A stretch of DNA of 64,000 bases, from the NCBI RefSeq assembly GCF_024521635.1, contig NW_026250407.1, positions 1,612,001-1,676,000 on the forward strand, in the 5' to 3' direction. How positions within the stretch are numbered: the stretch's first letter is position 1; every line of letters begins with the position of its first letter. The position numbers and the translations under genes are program-made. Source of the stretch: Tricharina praecox. Taxonomy: Eukaryota. This document shows positions 12,794 to 24,264 of the stretch, one piece after another. Below the pieces are notes generated by a model. It was not told the origin of the DNA. It searched no databases and saw only the letters and a list, made by a program, of their open reading frames with translations.

Positions 12794-13536
12794 CTAGCAA
12801 AGGAGGGCCCCGACAGGCACTGTTGTGCGCATAGACGCACTGTTGTGCCCCCTGACAGGCACTGTTAAGCCCAGTGTGGCTGTCGATGTTAGTGAATTGC
12901 GAGCGTGGAAGAAAGTATCGAGGGTCATCATACCGGGCGATGGGGTTGTGAATGTTGCGAAGATCCAGCTTGTGGTAACAGCAAGTCCCTTCGAGGGAGT
13001 GGGGTAGTTGTTCGAAGATATCAGGGTGGTGGATGAGTCTGAGCGTGGATTGTGGATTCGGATGGTAGTATTAAGGGGAAATTGAGAGGTGAAAGGGTGA
13101 GGAGCGAAGGTCGAGTCGGAGTCGGGGAGGGAGGAGTTGGATAACGTTGCATTCACTAGCGCCAAACATAACGTCTCATTCGGATCGGTCAAAAGGAAAC
13201 GGCAAGGAAGAGCCTAGTGGAGAGCAGAGCCGCTGTGCTTCCCTTGATACCCCTCCCCAAGCTGCCTTCAGGGATTCGGACCGACAAACTCTCAAGGCCA
13301 GAGCTACTGCAAGGTCGCCAGCGGGGAAGGATGGTGCTTCGCGAGATATCTTGTGAACCGTGAACGAGTGAACCAGAGGTGACGTAGAAGTCAGTATCGA
13401 GTTGAAGGCAAGAAAAGGAAGCCCGCACCATGCAGCCCGCGGCGGTACTTGCTGTCAGTATGGCCGCATGGGCCAGGAGAAGGGGGATCAGGAGGAAGAT
13501 GAGGAGGAAAACGCATGATCCGGGTCGATACACCAT
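12794..13536 (-). pseudogene. Fragmented hypothetical secreted or membrane gene, with a decayed duplicate of its 3' part at 12020-12125
   Basis: Overlapping ORFs 13189-13536 (hydrophobic N-terminus) and 12794-13192. FATFTTPSPG..FHARNSL..LGLTVP is mirrored by FATSTTPSPD..FRARNPL..LGTTVP at 12125-12024. Confidence 0.3.
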
Positions 13537-14105
13537 CTACCGAGGGGGGAGCATCCAATTGCGCTAGAAGTGGGTCGAAGAAGCGAGTGATTCTGGATGT
13601 GGATGGTGTCGGATGTCGAGCGGGATTTTTGGATTGGGTGTGAAGATGATTTTGCAGTAACTACGGCGGATGACGGAGCCGTATAGCAGGCTGGAAGCGT
13701 AGGGGAATCACTAATTTGCCAGATACCCTCCGCAGACTATGCTGACCCTATGTCGATAGAGTCGGAAAGCGATCAAACACGCTTCTTCAACAGGCTGTTG
13801 ACGCCGCACCTGCGGTAGGTGCGTTCGGGAGGGTTGAGGAACGTGAGGTAGGTGACGGTCGTGACATAGTCGTAGATTCGAACGGGATTTCTGGAGCTCT
13901 GGGGATGAGGGGGCCTTCGATAGGTGATCTCAACCTGCCTCATTTTCTGCTTCGGTGATGATAATCGAACGACACGGTAAAGTCTTACTTGTTGTAACTG
14001 TAAGTATGAGTCTGAGGGACTGTACTATTCTTCTGATCCCGCTCTCAGTATACGCTTAGAGGTATGTCTCTCAGATTCGGCGATCTCTTCATCTACAGGT
14101 ATCTT

Positions 14106-14411
14106 CAGTGTTCTACATAGACCAGACTGGTCGGCCGACGTCGGGTTAAATGCTAATTCTATCAGCCGCAAAAAATTCCTTTGTTTATAACGGTTTTTAG
14201 AGCATTTCCGGCTTCAAATGTTGTTTCTTAGCCCGACCTATCCCGACCCGACATGAAAATTTATGCTGGGGATATATCCCGACCGACCAGACCGAGTTTT
14301 TTTTGTCGGGATATATTCCGACCGACCAGACGAGAGTTTTTTTTTGGTCGGGATATATCTCGACCGCGACCATACCCAAATTTGGTCGGGACTGGTCTAT
14401 GTAGAACACTG
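14106..14411 (+). mobile_element. hAT-type MITE family A, copy 1
   Basis: Perfect 20-bp TIR cagtgttctacatagaccag / ctggtctatgtagaacactg. Perfect 8-bp TSD ggtatctt. Internal ccgac/gtcgg palindromic repeats. Confidence 0.95.
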
Positions 14412-14697
14412 GGTATCTTACAGATCGGATAGTGGGGAGTAGTGAAGCCATTGAAAGCTGCAGACATTACTTTTGGGTGTCTACAGGCAGATGGGAAGTA
14501 GCGAAGCGGGGTTGAATGATATCACGGGAGAAGTCACAGCGAAGAGAAGACAAGTTTAGCCGTCAATCATATATTTCGTGGAACCTTGAAACACATGAAA
14601 AGAAAAAGAAGCTTATTGATGACAGACAAATTCTCCAGATGACCTGCCTGTTTTCCATAGTCAGTATCAAGAATGAATGAGAGCTCGGAACATACCC

Positions 14698-15174
14698 TTA
14701 AGAAAGGACGACAGTATCCATAGAGTCTCGGTTGAAGGTCCTCTCCTTGGCAGAAACGGCCTGCTTCGCGTGGTCGTCGTCGGTACCCGGAACGTGCTGA
14801 GCGTCGATGACCTCGACGGACTGAAGCTCGACGGGGACGATGTTGTTGTTGTTGCGACAGATCATCTGAATGTAGCTGTGCAACATCCAAATGGAGCACG
14901 AGAGACCAAGCATGCCGATCAAAAAACATCCGAGTAGGACCTTGGAGGCGAGCCGGGCGCTCTGGCAGACGGAGTCTTCAACAACGGTGTGGAAGCCGCT
15001 GGAGGTGCCATCCATAGCGAGTTCGTAGTGCTCGGTCGGGTGGCAGAGCCAGTTCCTGGCGACAAAGATGCCATAAACTCCCTCGATGATGAAGAAGAAA
15101 GCCAGGGACATCTGGAGAAAGACATATAGCATCAAGGAGTGGAAGGTGAGCTTCTTCATTTTGAAGATGAACAT
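14698..15174 (-). CDS. Hypothetical small membrane protein with two hydrophobic segments, 158 aa
   Basis: ATG-started ORF with C-ending codon bias. Hydrophobic stretches LMLYVFLQMSLAFFFIIEGVYGIFV and VLLGCFLIGMLGLSCSIWML. Pyrimidine-rich 5' region. Confidence 0.65.
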   Translation of the reverse strand: MFIFKMKKLTFHSLMLYVFLQMSLAFFFIIEGVYGIFVARNWLCHPTEHYELAMDGTSSGFHTVVEDSVCQSARLASKVLLGCFLIGMLGLSCSIWMLHSYIQMICRNNNNIVPVELQSVEVIDAQHVPGTDDDHAKQAVSAKERTFNRDSMDTVVLS

Positions 15175-16512
15175 TGGAGGATGTGTGTGGTTGTGTAGGG
15201 GAAATTGGTTGTCGTGTGGTCGCTGGGTAAAGGTTGTGGAAGTTGTGTAGAGGAGGTGGGGAGAAGCGTAGGATGTGTAGGGGAGGGAGGTGGGTGGTCG
15301 AAGGAGTGGTTCTACTTGGTTTGTTTGTACTTTCTTATCTATTCGCTATCGCGATGATCTGTGCTTGGCTCACCGTACTGTGCTCTTCCATAGATCATCG
15401 CGATTACAGACAATAAGCCAGACATCACTAGTGGCGACACCCTACATTTTGCATCATCACTCACTCGCGTCATATCGGCGAAATCTTTTGTGTCCACGTG
15501 TTCTCCAAGTTTTGAGAGCCATAGCAGATAGCAGTTAATTTCGTAGTTACATGTCTATCTACGTGAGGAACGGGCGCTTTACCTTGTAGGAACCGCGATC
15601 AGTATCAACCATCTTGCAGAATCTACAATACCATGCCATCAGCAATACTCCTACACGCCTGCACTCCTCCTGCACTCCTGCACGATAATCGAGCGAATAG
15701 CGATATCCCGAGTCGGGCTGGCCCGCCATCCTTCCAATTCGTTCGACTCACTGCTGGCCGCGGCTGCTGCTAGAGATTGACTACCATGCTTCCTGAATCG
15801 CGTCATCAAAATTACTGGCTTACTACGGAGGATACGAGTAATCGGTTTTATTCGACTGCGATTACCAGCCGCACAGTGCCGAAACAAAACCGGAGAGCTG
15901 TGCGTACATTCTATCCTTTCGGTAGCCATAAATGCGCGTATGGAGGACCTACTGGTCAAAGATGAGGGTGTTTCCCAGGTTTTGCGCCGAGGTATCGAAG
16001 TAGATGGTTGTATAGACGAGCTTTGTGAGTACCCGTACGAATGCGTGATACAAGACAAAAAGTGAGTCAAGCCTCAGTGAATCGCAATTCTGCACGCTTA
16101 AGCTGTGAGGGTGTAGAGACGTACGCAGTCGATATTTCGAACGGCTGCACTGGTAGAGATGGGAGACTGGCTGAAAATGCAATAGAGCAATACCATATCG
16201 TCAGCAGGAAATGAATCGCACCGCAGTAGGTCCCCCTCAAGTAACCATGACAATCGAAGTTCACGATAAGCAGATACCTAGAGGTGGTGTGTGCAATTAC
16301 GGGTTTACCGACTACTTATTCGATTGTGTTGTTCGGAAGAGAAACGCCTACTAAAGCACGCGACATTGTAAAGCGCCTCCGTCTACAGGTGAGAGAATTT
16401 GAGGACCGGATCATATCCGTAGTATTTTTCCGCGCAGTGAAAGGAAAGCCAGTTCTCATTCTCAAGCTGCCTGCTCCAGCGCAGCTCGCCCTCGCCCCAT
16501 CGCCAGACACCT

Positions 16513-17571
16513 TCAATTGGCGCTGCTCAATATAACATCCACAAAAACGGGCCTGTGATCGCTCGCCACCGCTGAATTATCATGCCAATTCTCCCCCACA
16601 CGGTATCTCAGCGGCTCCCACCCCTTGCCTCCCGCCATAACAAAGTCGATCCTTTTGAGGTCCATCTGGGCATGCTCTTCGAACCCCGTGAACGTACCAT
16701 GATGTCCACTCCTTCCCAACGGCGGAGTTACCTGCGCGACGTCGGTGAAGACGAATTCCGCGTCAGTGTCACGGACGGGAAACCGATCGGCGAAGGACGA
16801 AGGAACAGCGACGGGTGGAAGCAAGCCGGTCATGATCCTGTAGCCAGTGCAGTCGGAGCCGGTGGAAGGGGAGTTGAAGTCGCCGAGAACGAAGACCGGG
16901 CCGTACGGGAGACTCGATGCGCCCAGACGGACGAGAAGCGACGCGGAAAGCTGCCGTTGCGGATCCGATTGCTCGTCCCAGTGCGTACACACGACCGTAA
17001 ACGAACTACCGCTATCCTTCATCCTCATCCTCGCGTACGTGGCGGTGCGTGTACTCCCCGCCCCGGGGAACTTGCTCGGTGTGAATGGTGTTTCGGATAG
17101 CCACATCTTTGTTTCTGACAATCAGCATCGACGAATACACATATCTATCCAGGAGGCAACTGCTGTACACACCGTATCCCACGAGTCCAACTGCACGAGA
17201 TCATTCCGGTAAAAAATCGCCTCATACTCTCCGGTTGTTCCGCCATCCTCGCGTCCTGAGCCAATCCAGCTGAAGCCGTTACCCAGTAGCTGAGCGAGAT
17301 CCCCCACCTGCCGTACCAGCGCTTCCTGAAAACCGACGATAACCGCCGCGTGGAACAGTACCTCGCGGGCGACGTCGATGCGACGCGTCGACCAGGGCAC
17401 TTCGTGTGGCGAGCTGTAAAAGCTTACGCTCTCGTCTGCGGGAAGCGAAGCGGGAAGCGAGGAGACACTGTCGGTGAGCGGAATGGTGTCGGCAAGCGAG
17501 TCGTAGCGGAGGTTCCAGGTGAGGAAGCGCATTGCGGTCTCCTGCGCGAGAGGCGGGAGGCTGATTTGCAT
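16513..17571 (-). CDS. Endonuclease/exonuclease/phosphatase (EEP, DNase I-like) family protein, 2 exons (intron 17172-17107); start at 17571 or 17532
   Basis: Canonical EEP motifs TWNLRYD, GFQE, GREDG, THWD, GDFN, RIDF and SDHRPV, joined in frame across a GT..AG intron. Confidence 0.92.
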
Positions 17572-19003
17572 GTTGGAGGTTCGAGGTCGCTTTGACGCTG
17601 CTCGTGAAATGCTGTGTGTGTCAATGCGCGGGGAATGTCACAACGGGATGACGGTGGTCGTGAGGTGCTGTGAGCTCAAGCTTTTAGCCGAGTTCCGAGT
17701 CGCGGGGAACCCTGTTGCGCTGGCGCAAGTCAAAGTCAAAGTCAGGCACAGGGGTGGGTGTGCCGGGATCGCCGGGATCCACCGTTGGCGAAATCAACGG
17801 TAGGATTCCGTAGTTCGTTCATTCGAGAAAAAAAAGGTACTTTGTGTCAGTGCAAGAGATCTAGATGGGTTATTTGAGGGAAAGGGGGAATTTCGGTAAC
17901 GTCCACTCGTAAAGTGACAAGAAAATTGGAAGATAGAGAGATACCGCGATGGATAATTCTGCTGATTCTCTTGCTTCCCGTCCGGCCGGATAGAGTCTCT
18001 AGAGACACGCTAGTCCAGTCCCTGACAGAATACTCTGACGTAGGAGAATTATACTCAGATCCTTTGGCTTCTGAGAAGTGCACGGTCCGTCGGGGCCGTT
18101 GGTGCATTTCCGGACACGTCGTACGGTGGTGCCTCAAGGATCGCGAGTCATCTTAAACCTTTCGGGCGTCTAACCCTGACATGAAGATTCCAGAATAAGC
18201 TGTTCGGCAACCAAAAGAGACTCTCCTGAGCCCCTGCTGTCGTTATCAGCTTTGGACTGGAGCAGGCTACTACAACCTACCCGATTTATATCCTACTACG
18301 TGGTTAATCGTTACGGCGTCTGGATCACATGAAAGATCTCCCGTCATGAGCACATGAAAGATCTCTCCTCATGTCCGTTGTAAGGCGATGGTGAAGCTTC
18401 AGGGAGCACTGTTCTCAGTTCTAAAGGAGTCTAGGCCTCGGTCATGCGAACTGTATCCGGAGGAAGAGATGCGTTATGCTGTCTGGTCTGCTGTCTAGTC
18501 TCGCTGGCGGGCCTGTCTGCCAATGCCAGACATATTCTGTATATATGGAAGGGCACTGGTCCGGAGAAGAAGAAGGAGCAAGCAACAAAACAGTTATCTT
18601 CCTACCAATCATCCTATCTAAATAGATAGAGAGTATGCTATGGGCTCGTATCATGATGAATTGCGAGAGGACAGCTTGCCTGGCACTTGGGAATGGACTC
18701 TGACATCGGCAGGATTTGGTCAGGCATTCTTGTATGTCACGATTGGGGAAGACCGGTTGGCGCTGGTCGTGGAGCTCACTACCACAGCGATGATACGTGA
18801 GGTTGTTAGGCCTCAACTTTGGATAGCACTTTCCATTCCTCTCTCAAATACAATCGTATCCCACTCATCCCTCTCCCTCGATGGACAAAAGATAAAGAGC
18901 AAAGATCGTAGAAAACATCATGATGAAGCGCGAGGTGATTCAACAAAGAAACAATTAATCAAATCCTGGCCCGCATTTCCCGTCCATCACCGTCCTGACC
19001 TAC

Positions 19004-19745
19004 TTACTTCTTGTTCTTCAAAGTATAAACGTTGACATCAACAGTGTAAGGATTGAAGGTCGAGATGGTTTTACTGTAGCATGAATAGGAGGAATTAGCT
19101 CATCGTCATGATTCATGAAGCTGGGAGTAGAGAAAAGAAGTAAGAATACCGAACATATCCACCACACCAGATGTTGTTGATCGCCGGGGGACCACCGCCG
19201 AGACAGCCGAATGCAATCAGGTAGTTGGCATTGCCCGCCCAGTTGCAGCGAACGCAAGAGCCCCTCGCGCCACAGATGTCAGTGGCAGCATTGGCGAAGC
19301 TGGTCATCTTGGTGCAGGGAGCGGTTAGCGATGACTGGCAGCACCAGCTGTTACCGATGTCCTTGAGGGCCTTGGCATTCTTCCAGACGTACTCGTGGAA
19401 AGGGGAGGCGCGCTTGTCGGTTTCGCAGACGATCTTGTCCTCAACGGCACTGCCGAAGTCGTTGCCATCCTTCAGGCGGTTCGGGACCGAGATGATGGGG
19501 AGGTCGGCAGGAAGCTGCGGAAGCTCGGCATTGGGGTCCTTGGCCTTCAACTCCAGCAGATAGGTGATGTTGAGCGCCGGGTTGCTCATATCGAAGTCCA
19601 TAGGCAGCTGGAGAAGCTCGAAGTAAGGCATAGCAGCCATCTCGAGGGCCTCAACGGCGGGGTTGGTGTCGACGATCGGAACGGCCACGGTGATGGATGG
19701 AATGCCAACCAACAGGGAAAGGAGGAAGGGAGCAAGCCGCATCAT
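19004..19745 (-). CDS. Secreted Cys-rich preproprotein, paralog A (intron 19149-19074)
   Basis: Signal peptide MMRLAPFLLSLLVGIPSITVA, acidic pro-region, then CET..ASP..WCC..C..ATDIC..SCVRC..C..GGYVR|KTISTFNPYTVDVNVYTLKNKK*. Clearly homologous to 44233-45002. Confidence 0.85.
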
Positions 19746-19960
19746 GCTAAGAAGATTGAGTCGGAAAGGATGAGGGTTTGAGGATTTGAATGAGTGATCG
19801 GATTTGCGGATACACGGCACCAGATGCGTGATATTGATGGAGGAGGGCGGTGAAGAAGCGGTGATGGGTATAGGAAGGGATGAAGGTAGCGGAGCAGGTG
19901 GATTCAAAGGAGGGCTTACATAAGTTTGTAGGTAGGGTAGGCCGCGGGCTAGGTGCGAAA

Positions 19961-20010
19961 TTTGGCCGATGCATACTTTTGGCCGATGCATACATTTGGC
20001 CGATGCATAA
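19961..20010 (+). repeat. Three tandem copies of tttggccgatgcata
   Basis: Read directly from the sequence. Lies between the secreted gene and MITE B copy 2. Confidence 0.85.
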
Positions 20011-20029
20011 ATTGGAACAGGGCCAAAAT

Positions 20030-20346
20030 CAGGGCTCTCAACCGTCCATCTCCCGGGCAGGCTTTCCAGAGGACTGATCCATTCCGTCCGGAGGATGAAA
20101 TGCCCGAATACCCACCAGGTACCTATAGGTACCTGATAGCACTAGCGTGCTATGCTGACAACTAGTTTGCGAAGTAGAATATAGCGCGGTGACTACCAAC
20201 AGAATTTTCGGCCTCGAGCAGAATTTTCAACGTCGTCAAACAAACGACCTCAGGGGATAGACACTGCTAGAGGTAGGAACGGGGAAGGTGTGAAAGTTCT
20301 ATACCGTGAGAGACACTGCGAAATGGAGCCGCACAGCTGCACACCA
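20030..20346 (+). mobile_element. hAT-type MITE family B, copy 2 (right end missing)
   Basis: Begins cagggctctcaaccgtcc and aligns with about 12126-12465. Homology stops after gcacacc, so there is no right TIR or TSD. Confidence 0.9.
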
Positions 20347-20420
20347 ATTCCAAACCCCCACACGTGTTCTCCTCCGGCTCTAGGAACAGCCACCGCCACC
20401 CACCAGCACTCGATATACTT

Positions 20421-20789
20421 ATGGCGGCCGTCAAGATAATACCGGAGAATGCGGCAGCGGGAGACACTATCAGGACCATCACCCTCCGGGACGGCGACAA
20501 CTCCATCCTTGGGACACAAGCGGTACATGCTGAATTCATTCTCCTCAACTATCATGTAGGTCTAAAAGATCAGAAGCACAGGGTATCACCGTACTAACTG
20601 CCTGTTTAGCTCTTCGTCTATCGGGGAAGTGGGAAGGCGCTGGTTGTGTTGAATGGCGATCCTATGGACTTCGAGCAATATCAGCGTGTCGGTCGCCACG
20701 CATTTGTTAGCATAGGGGAAGGAGAAGCGAGGATGAAAGTCTCGTTGGAGGTAACCATCGATGAGAAGTCGGTGTATTATACTTCCTAA
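20421..20789 (+). CDS. Small protein (104 aa) with a degenerate FHA-like beta-sandwich pattern, 2 exons (intron 20556-20609)
   Basis: gtaggt...ctaac...tag intron gives MAAVKIIPENAAAGDTIRTITLRDGDNSILGTQAVHAEFILLNYH|LFVYRGSGKALVVLNGDPMDFEQYQRVGRHAFVSIGEGEARMKVSLEV. The HA.F, VLNG and V.IG spacing resembles FHA. Confidence 0.55.
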
Positions 20790-20864
20790 ATTCACGTCGA
20801 TTGTCTTTTACTAATCGATTTCCAAACCAGAACGAGAACCCGAACCTGGGAGCAGCCGTATGCA

Positions 20865-21203
20865 ATGGTTACTAATGACATGCTGATTCGCTCGGCGTCG
20901 TCGCTTCTGTGGATTATACGAGATGGAAGGTCAGAGCCTGGAGAGCGTTCAATCTCTGCCGGCAGGAACCAAGAGGTTATATGTCTTGATCGGATTGCGA
21001 GCATGTTCGTAACCAAATCCAAGGTTGATGCCTCCGCTGTCGTCGCAGAGGCGCGGTCAGATGGTGCACGCATATACTGCGTGATGGAAGGGCCTGACGA
21101 GGGTGTGGCGCCTGAAGGAGGCCGTTCAACCGTCGACAACCTGCTCGCAGCGGGGAATCTCGACGAATTCAACAACGCATCCTCGAGGACTTGGTGCGTA
21201 TGA
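20865..21203 (+). pseudogene. Truncated ORF, possibly the N-terminal part of a fungal OTT_1508-like deaminase-associated protein
   Basis: LDRIASMFVTKSKVDASAVV resembles the LDxxAxLxVxxxxxDVxAV N-terminal motif from recall only. No downstream HAE/CxxC found and stops follow. Confidence 0.25.
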
Positions 21204-21959
21204 TCAAAGATTCATTCGAAAGGTTGGAGTTGACCTCTGATGATGAGGACTATTGACTGACTCCCCCGGAAATTATAATCGGAGTGTGAGAGCGAAGTCT
21301 CAGAGGTTTATTACAAACATATCGTTCATAGCACAGTCTCGGCGAGCGATCGTACAGTCTGGGATTCGCGATCCGATTGATGGAGTTACTGGGGATAATG
21401 GGGTCATCTCGACGTGATCATTTTTTTCTTTCGTTTCTTCTCTTTTTTCCTTGTCTTCCCTTCCGTTCTTTTCAAGCATTTCAAGCATTTCTTCTTGATA
21501 CTGGGTGTACTTCAAAGATGTCGGTTTTCTGTATGTTTCTTACGATGCGTATCCTTCAGATGTCGCTGCTGGTTTTAATAGAGGTTCTTTGGTGATTGCA
21601 CGCAACGTGCCAATACTGTCGTCGTTGGAAACGAGATCGCCGGCTCTCTTGCTCTACAACGCCAGGTCTATCCCACGTATCCTACTCGATCAATGCTGAG
21701 GGGCGTGAGCCTAGATTTTTCACCATCACCGTTCACCAGCCGTTGACCGGGTCACCGGGCAGATCTCCGGAATACTCGTTCCGAGTTGCATAGATGATAG
21801 GTGCCTGAATAAATGTTGCTACGTACTACGTACCTGGGCACTTATACCAACGGCAAATACCACACAGATCCGCGACCCCGCACAGATGCGAAGGTGGTGC
21901 GTATGCCAAAGTTCTGGTCCTCAGGCTCACGGCTTACCCCGTGCTCGGCCATCTATCTG

Positions 21960-21967
21960 TATATAAA
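21960..21967 (+). promoter_or_regulatory. Putative TATA box
   Basis: tatataaa about 80 nt upstream of the ATG at 22045. Confidence 0.45.
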
Positions 21968-22044
21968 TCCCAATCCCCGTCGGCAGAACGCCCAGATCCA
22001 ATACCCAGTGCACCACCGTCCAGTCGCATCCCACACGCGAAAGC

Positions 22045-22990
22045 ATGTCCCACCAAACCAGCATCAAACCGGAAACCCACACCTACCAGACCATGCCTTT
22101 GGCGCAGCTCAACATTTGTCAACCCTCCAAACCACGCAGCAGCAGCTCCGCACCGCTTAAGACCTTAATCCGCTTCCACGGCGGTGGTCTCATTACGGCC
22201 CAGCGCGACGCCTTCCTCCCCTCCGGCGTCGCCTCCACAACGCACCACCGAGGCTGGCTATTCATTTCCCCGTACTACTCTTCACTCCCGCAAGCGAGCA
22301 GCACCTCCTTCTTCGCTACATCGCCGCACTCGAAACCTGGCTCTTGACGCACGCCGCGTGTCTGCACATCGACACGGAGAACATTGCGCTCGCCGGATCC
22401 AGCGCCGGCGTGCTCGTGGCGGCGCTCGCGGCCGCGCACTGGCGCATCCTCAGGCCCAAGGCTCTGCTGGACGTCTATGGCATGGTCGATCTGCGTGGGG
22501 AATGGTACATGAGGAGGAAGGATACACCGCCGTGGTTATGGGGATCGAGACAGCGGGGATTCATGCGGCGGAGTTTTCGGGTATCCCGCGGAATGAGAGG
22601 GTGCTGACGCAGGACGTGTCATCTGCTGAAGAAGCTGGCAGTTTCAGGTTCTTTCTCTGGGCGTTGGAGGAGGGGTTGCTGCTGGATTTCCTGCTGAAGA
22701 GGCATGAACGTCAGCGCGCGATGGGTGTGGAAGCGGTGGCCGTGGAGAGGAAAGCCGACATTCTGCCGTTGAAGCTGGCAGACATGATGCCGCCCACTTG
22801 GGTGATTCATGGGAGTGCGGACACGATGATTCCACCGACGGATTCGAGAAAGTTTGTGCAGGCGTTGCGGCACGCCGGAGTGGACGTGGAGTTCGTCGAG
22901 GTGCCGGGAGCAGAGCATGGGTTGGATGGAGTGCCGAGTGAAATGGGATATAGTCTTGCGGTGATGTTTCTCTAGAAGTGGGTGAAGTAG
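22045..22990 (+). pseudogene. HSL-family alpha/beta hydrolase (esterase/lipase) with two frameshifts and a premature stop
   Basis: FHGGG, GSSAG and IHGSADTMIP...GAEHGLD lie in three different frames. Shifts near 22310 and 22530 lack intron signals. TAG at 22973 lies a few codons before a likely ancestral stop at 22988. Confidence 0.85.
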
Positions 22991-24264
22991 TGCTGATAAT
23001 GATCCACTCATCGCAATGCAGCCCCATTGTCACAAATCACGAACTTTCGTGTACCGCGTCATGCGAGATCACTCCGACTTCCGTGTGATTATCGCGTCAT
23101 GCGAGATCACTCTGATTTCCGTTATCCGATCTCACGGAGGTGGCAAGCGGCCTCTATCCGAGGCACCCCCGTGCCTTCTGCTATATATGGCTTTCTTTCT
23201 GCTGTGTCTGATACGCTGCACACTACTTCAGAATACCACTTTTCTTGACACCCATCTAGTTGTGGCTTTCGAGTAAGCCCACATGAGTCGTACCTGCCTA
23301 AAACCGCTGCACCGCCACCGCTTGTGCTAAGCGAGATTTAACAACTCCAGCGCACGTGAAAGAGGTTGGAGCGACATCGAGAGCGAGTATGCAACTATGA
23401 TGCTCCCCCGTATTTCGCACCCGTCAGGATATGTGTGCAAGCCTGTACGCCCAACCGGACGCCTTTAGTTCGGTATCATTTCTGCGCATCGTTTGTCACT
23501 CGAAGCGGAAACTTTGCTGGCGGCCTTAGAACATCAGTTCATCTACTTTTGTGCAGTGCGCCTTCTGATTGAGGCGGAAAGGTATGGTTGGGCCGGGGAT
23601 TGTAAAGCTAGTAGAGCCACCCGAGGGGAGCGACGGTGTTGCTCTTGCTACGTAACACCGTCCCGATACAGGCACGCAGACGCTCCAAGAGCCGACTCCG
23701 CTCTCACGTAGACAACCTTATATCCATCGAGTTCGAGGAACGGCACGGCTCGGGGATGACGAGTGCTGCATCCTACTCCAGCTACGTCGTATCAGTCTTC
23801 TGGATGTCTACACTCGAGATCTCGGCCGCTCCGTCGGCTTAAGTGGATAGTAAAATGTTTAGGCTATTACAAAGATCTGCTTTGGATGTGTGAGTGAGTT
23901 ACGGGAATCATGGTCACAATGAAGAAAACACTACTTGAATGAACAGAATTCCAGTTTTCTATTGCTTGTATCTATGGATTTAGCCAGATACCACCTCCAG
24001 CATTACCGACAGACAAAACAACAGCCAACGAGCCCTCTTTTGTAACGTGACTGAGCTCAGGAATTCCAGAAAAAGAACAAACAAACAAACAAACAAACAA
24101 GCAGTAACGAATCCTCCCCACCTATTGCCGTAAAACTGGTATTCAACATTAGTGGCAGCCTCCGGTAAAATTTCGGCTTTTTGTGAATGAGAAGGAAATG
24201 TGGCGAAAAAATGTAATGTAAACTGTAGATCATGATGTAGAGTAGCCCGGGTGTTTCAAGGGAC

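Noticed and set aside
20520..20555. VHAE motif as a zinc deaminase active site
   Set aside because: No downstream PCxxC/CxxC in any frame. The context fits an FHA-like pattern better.
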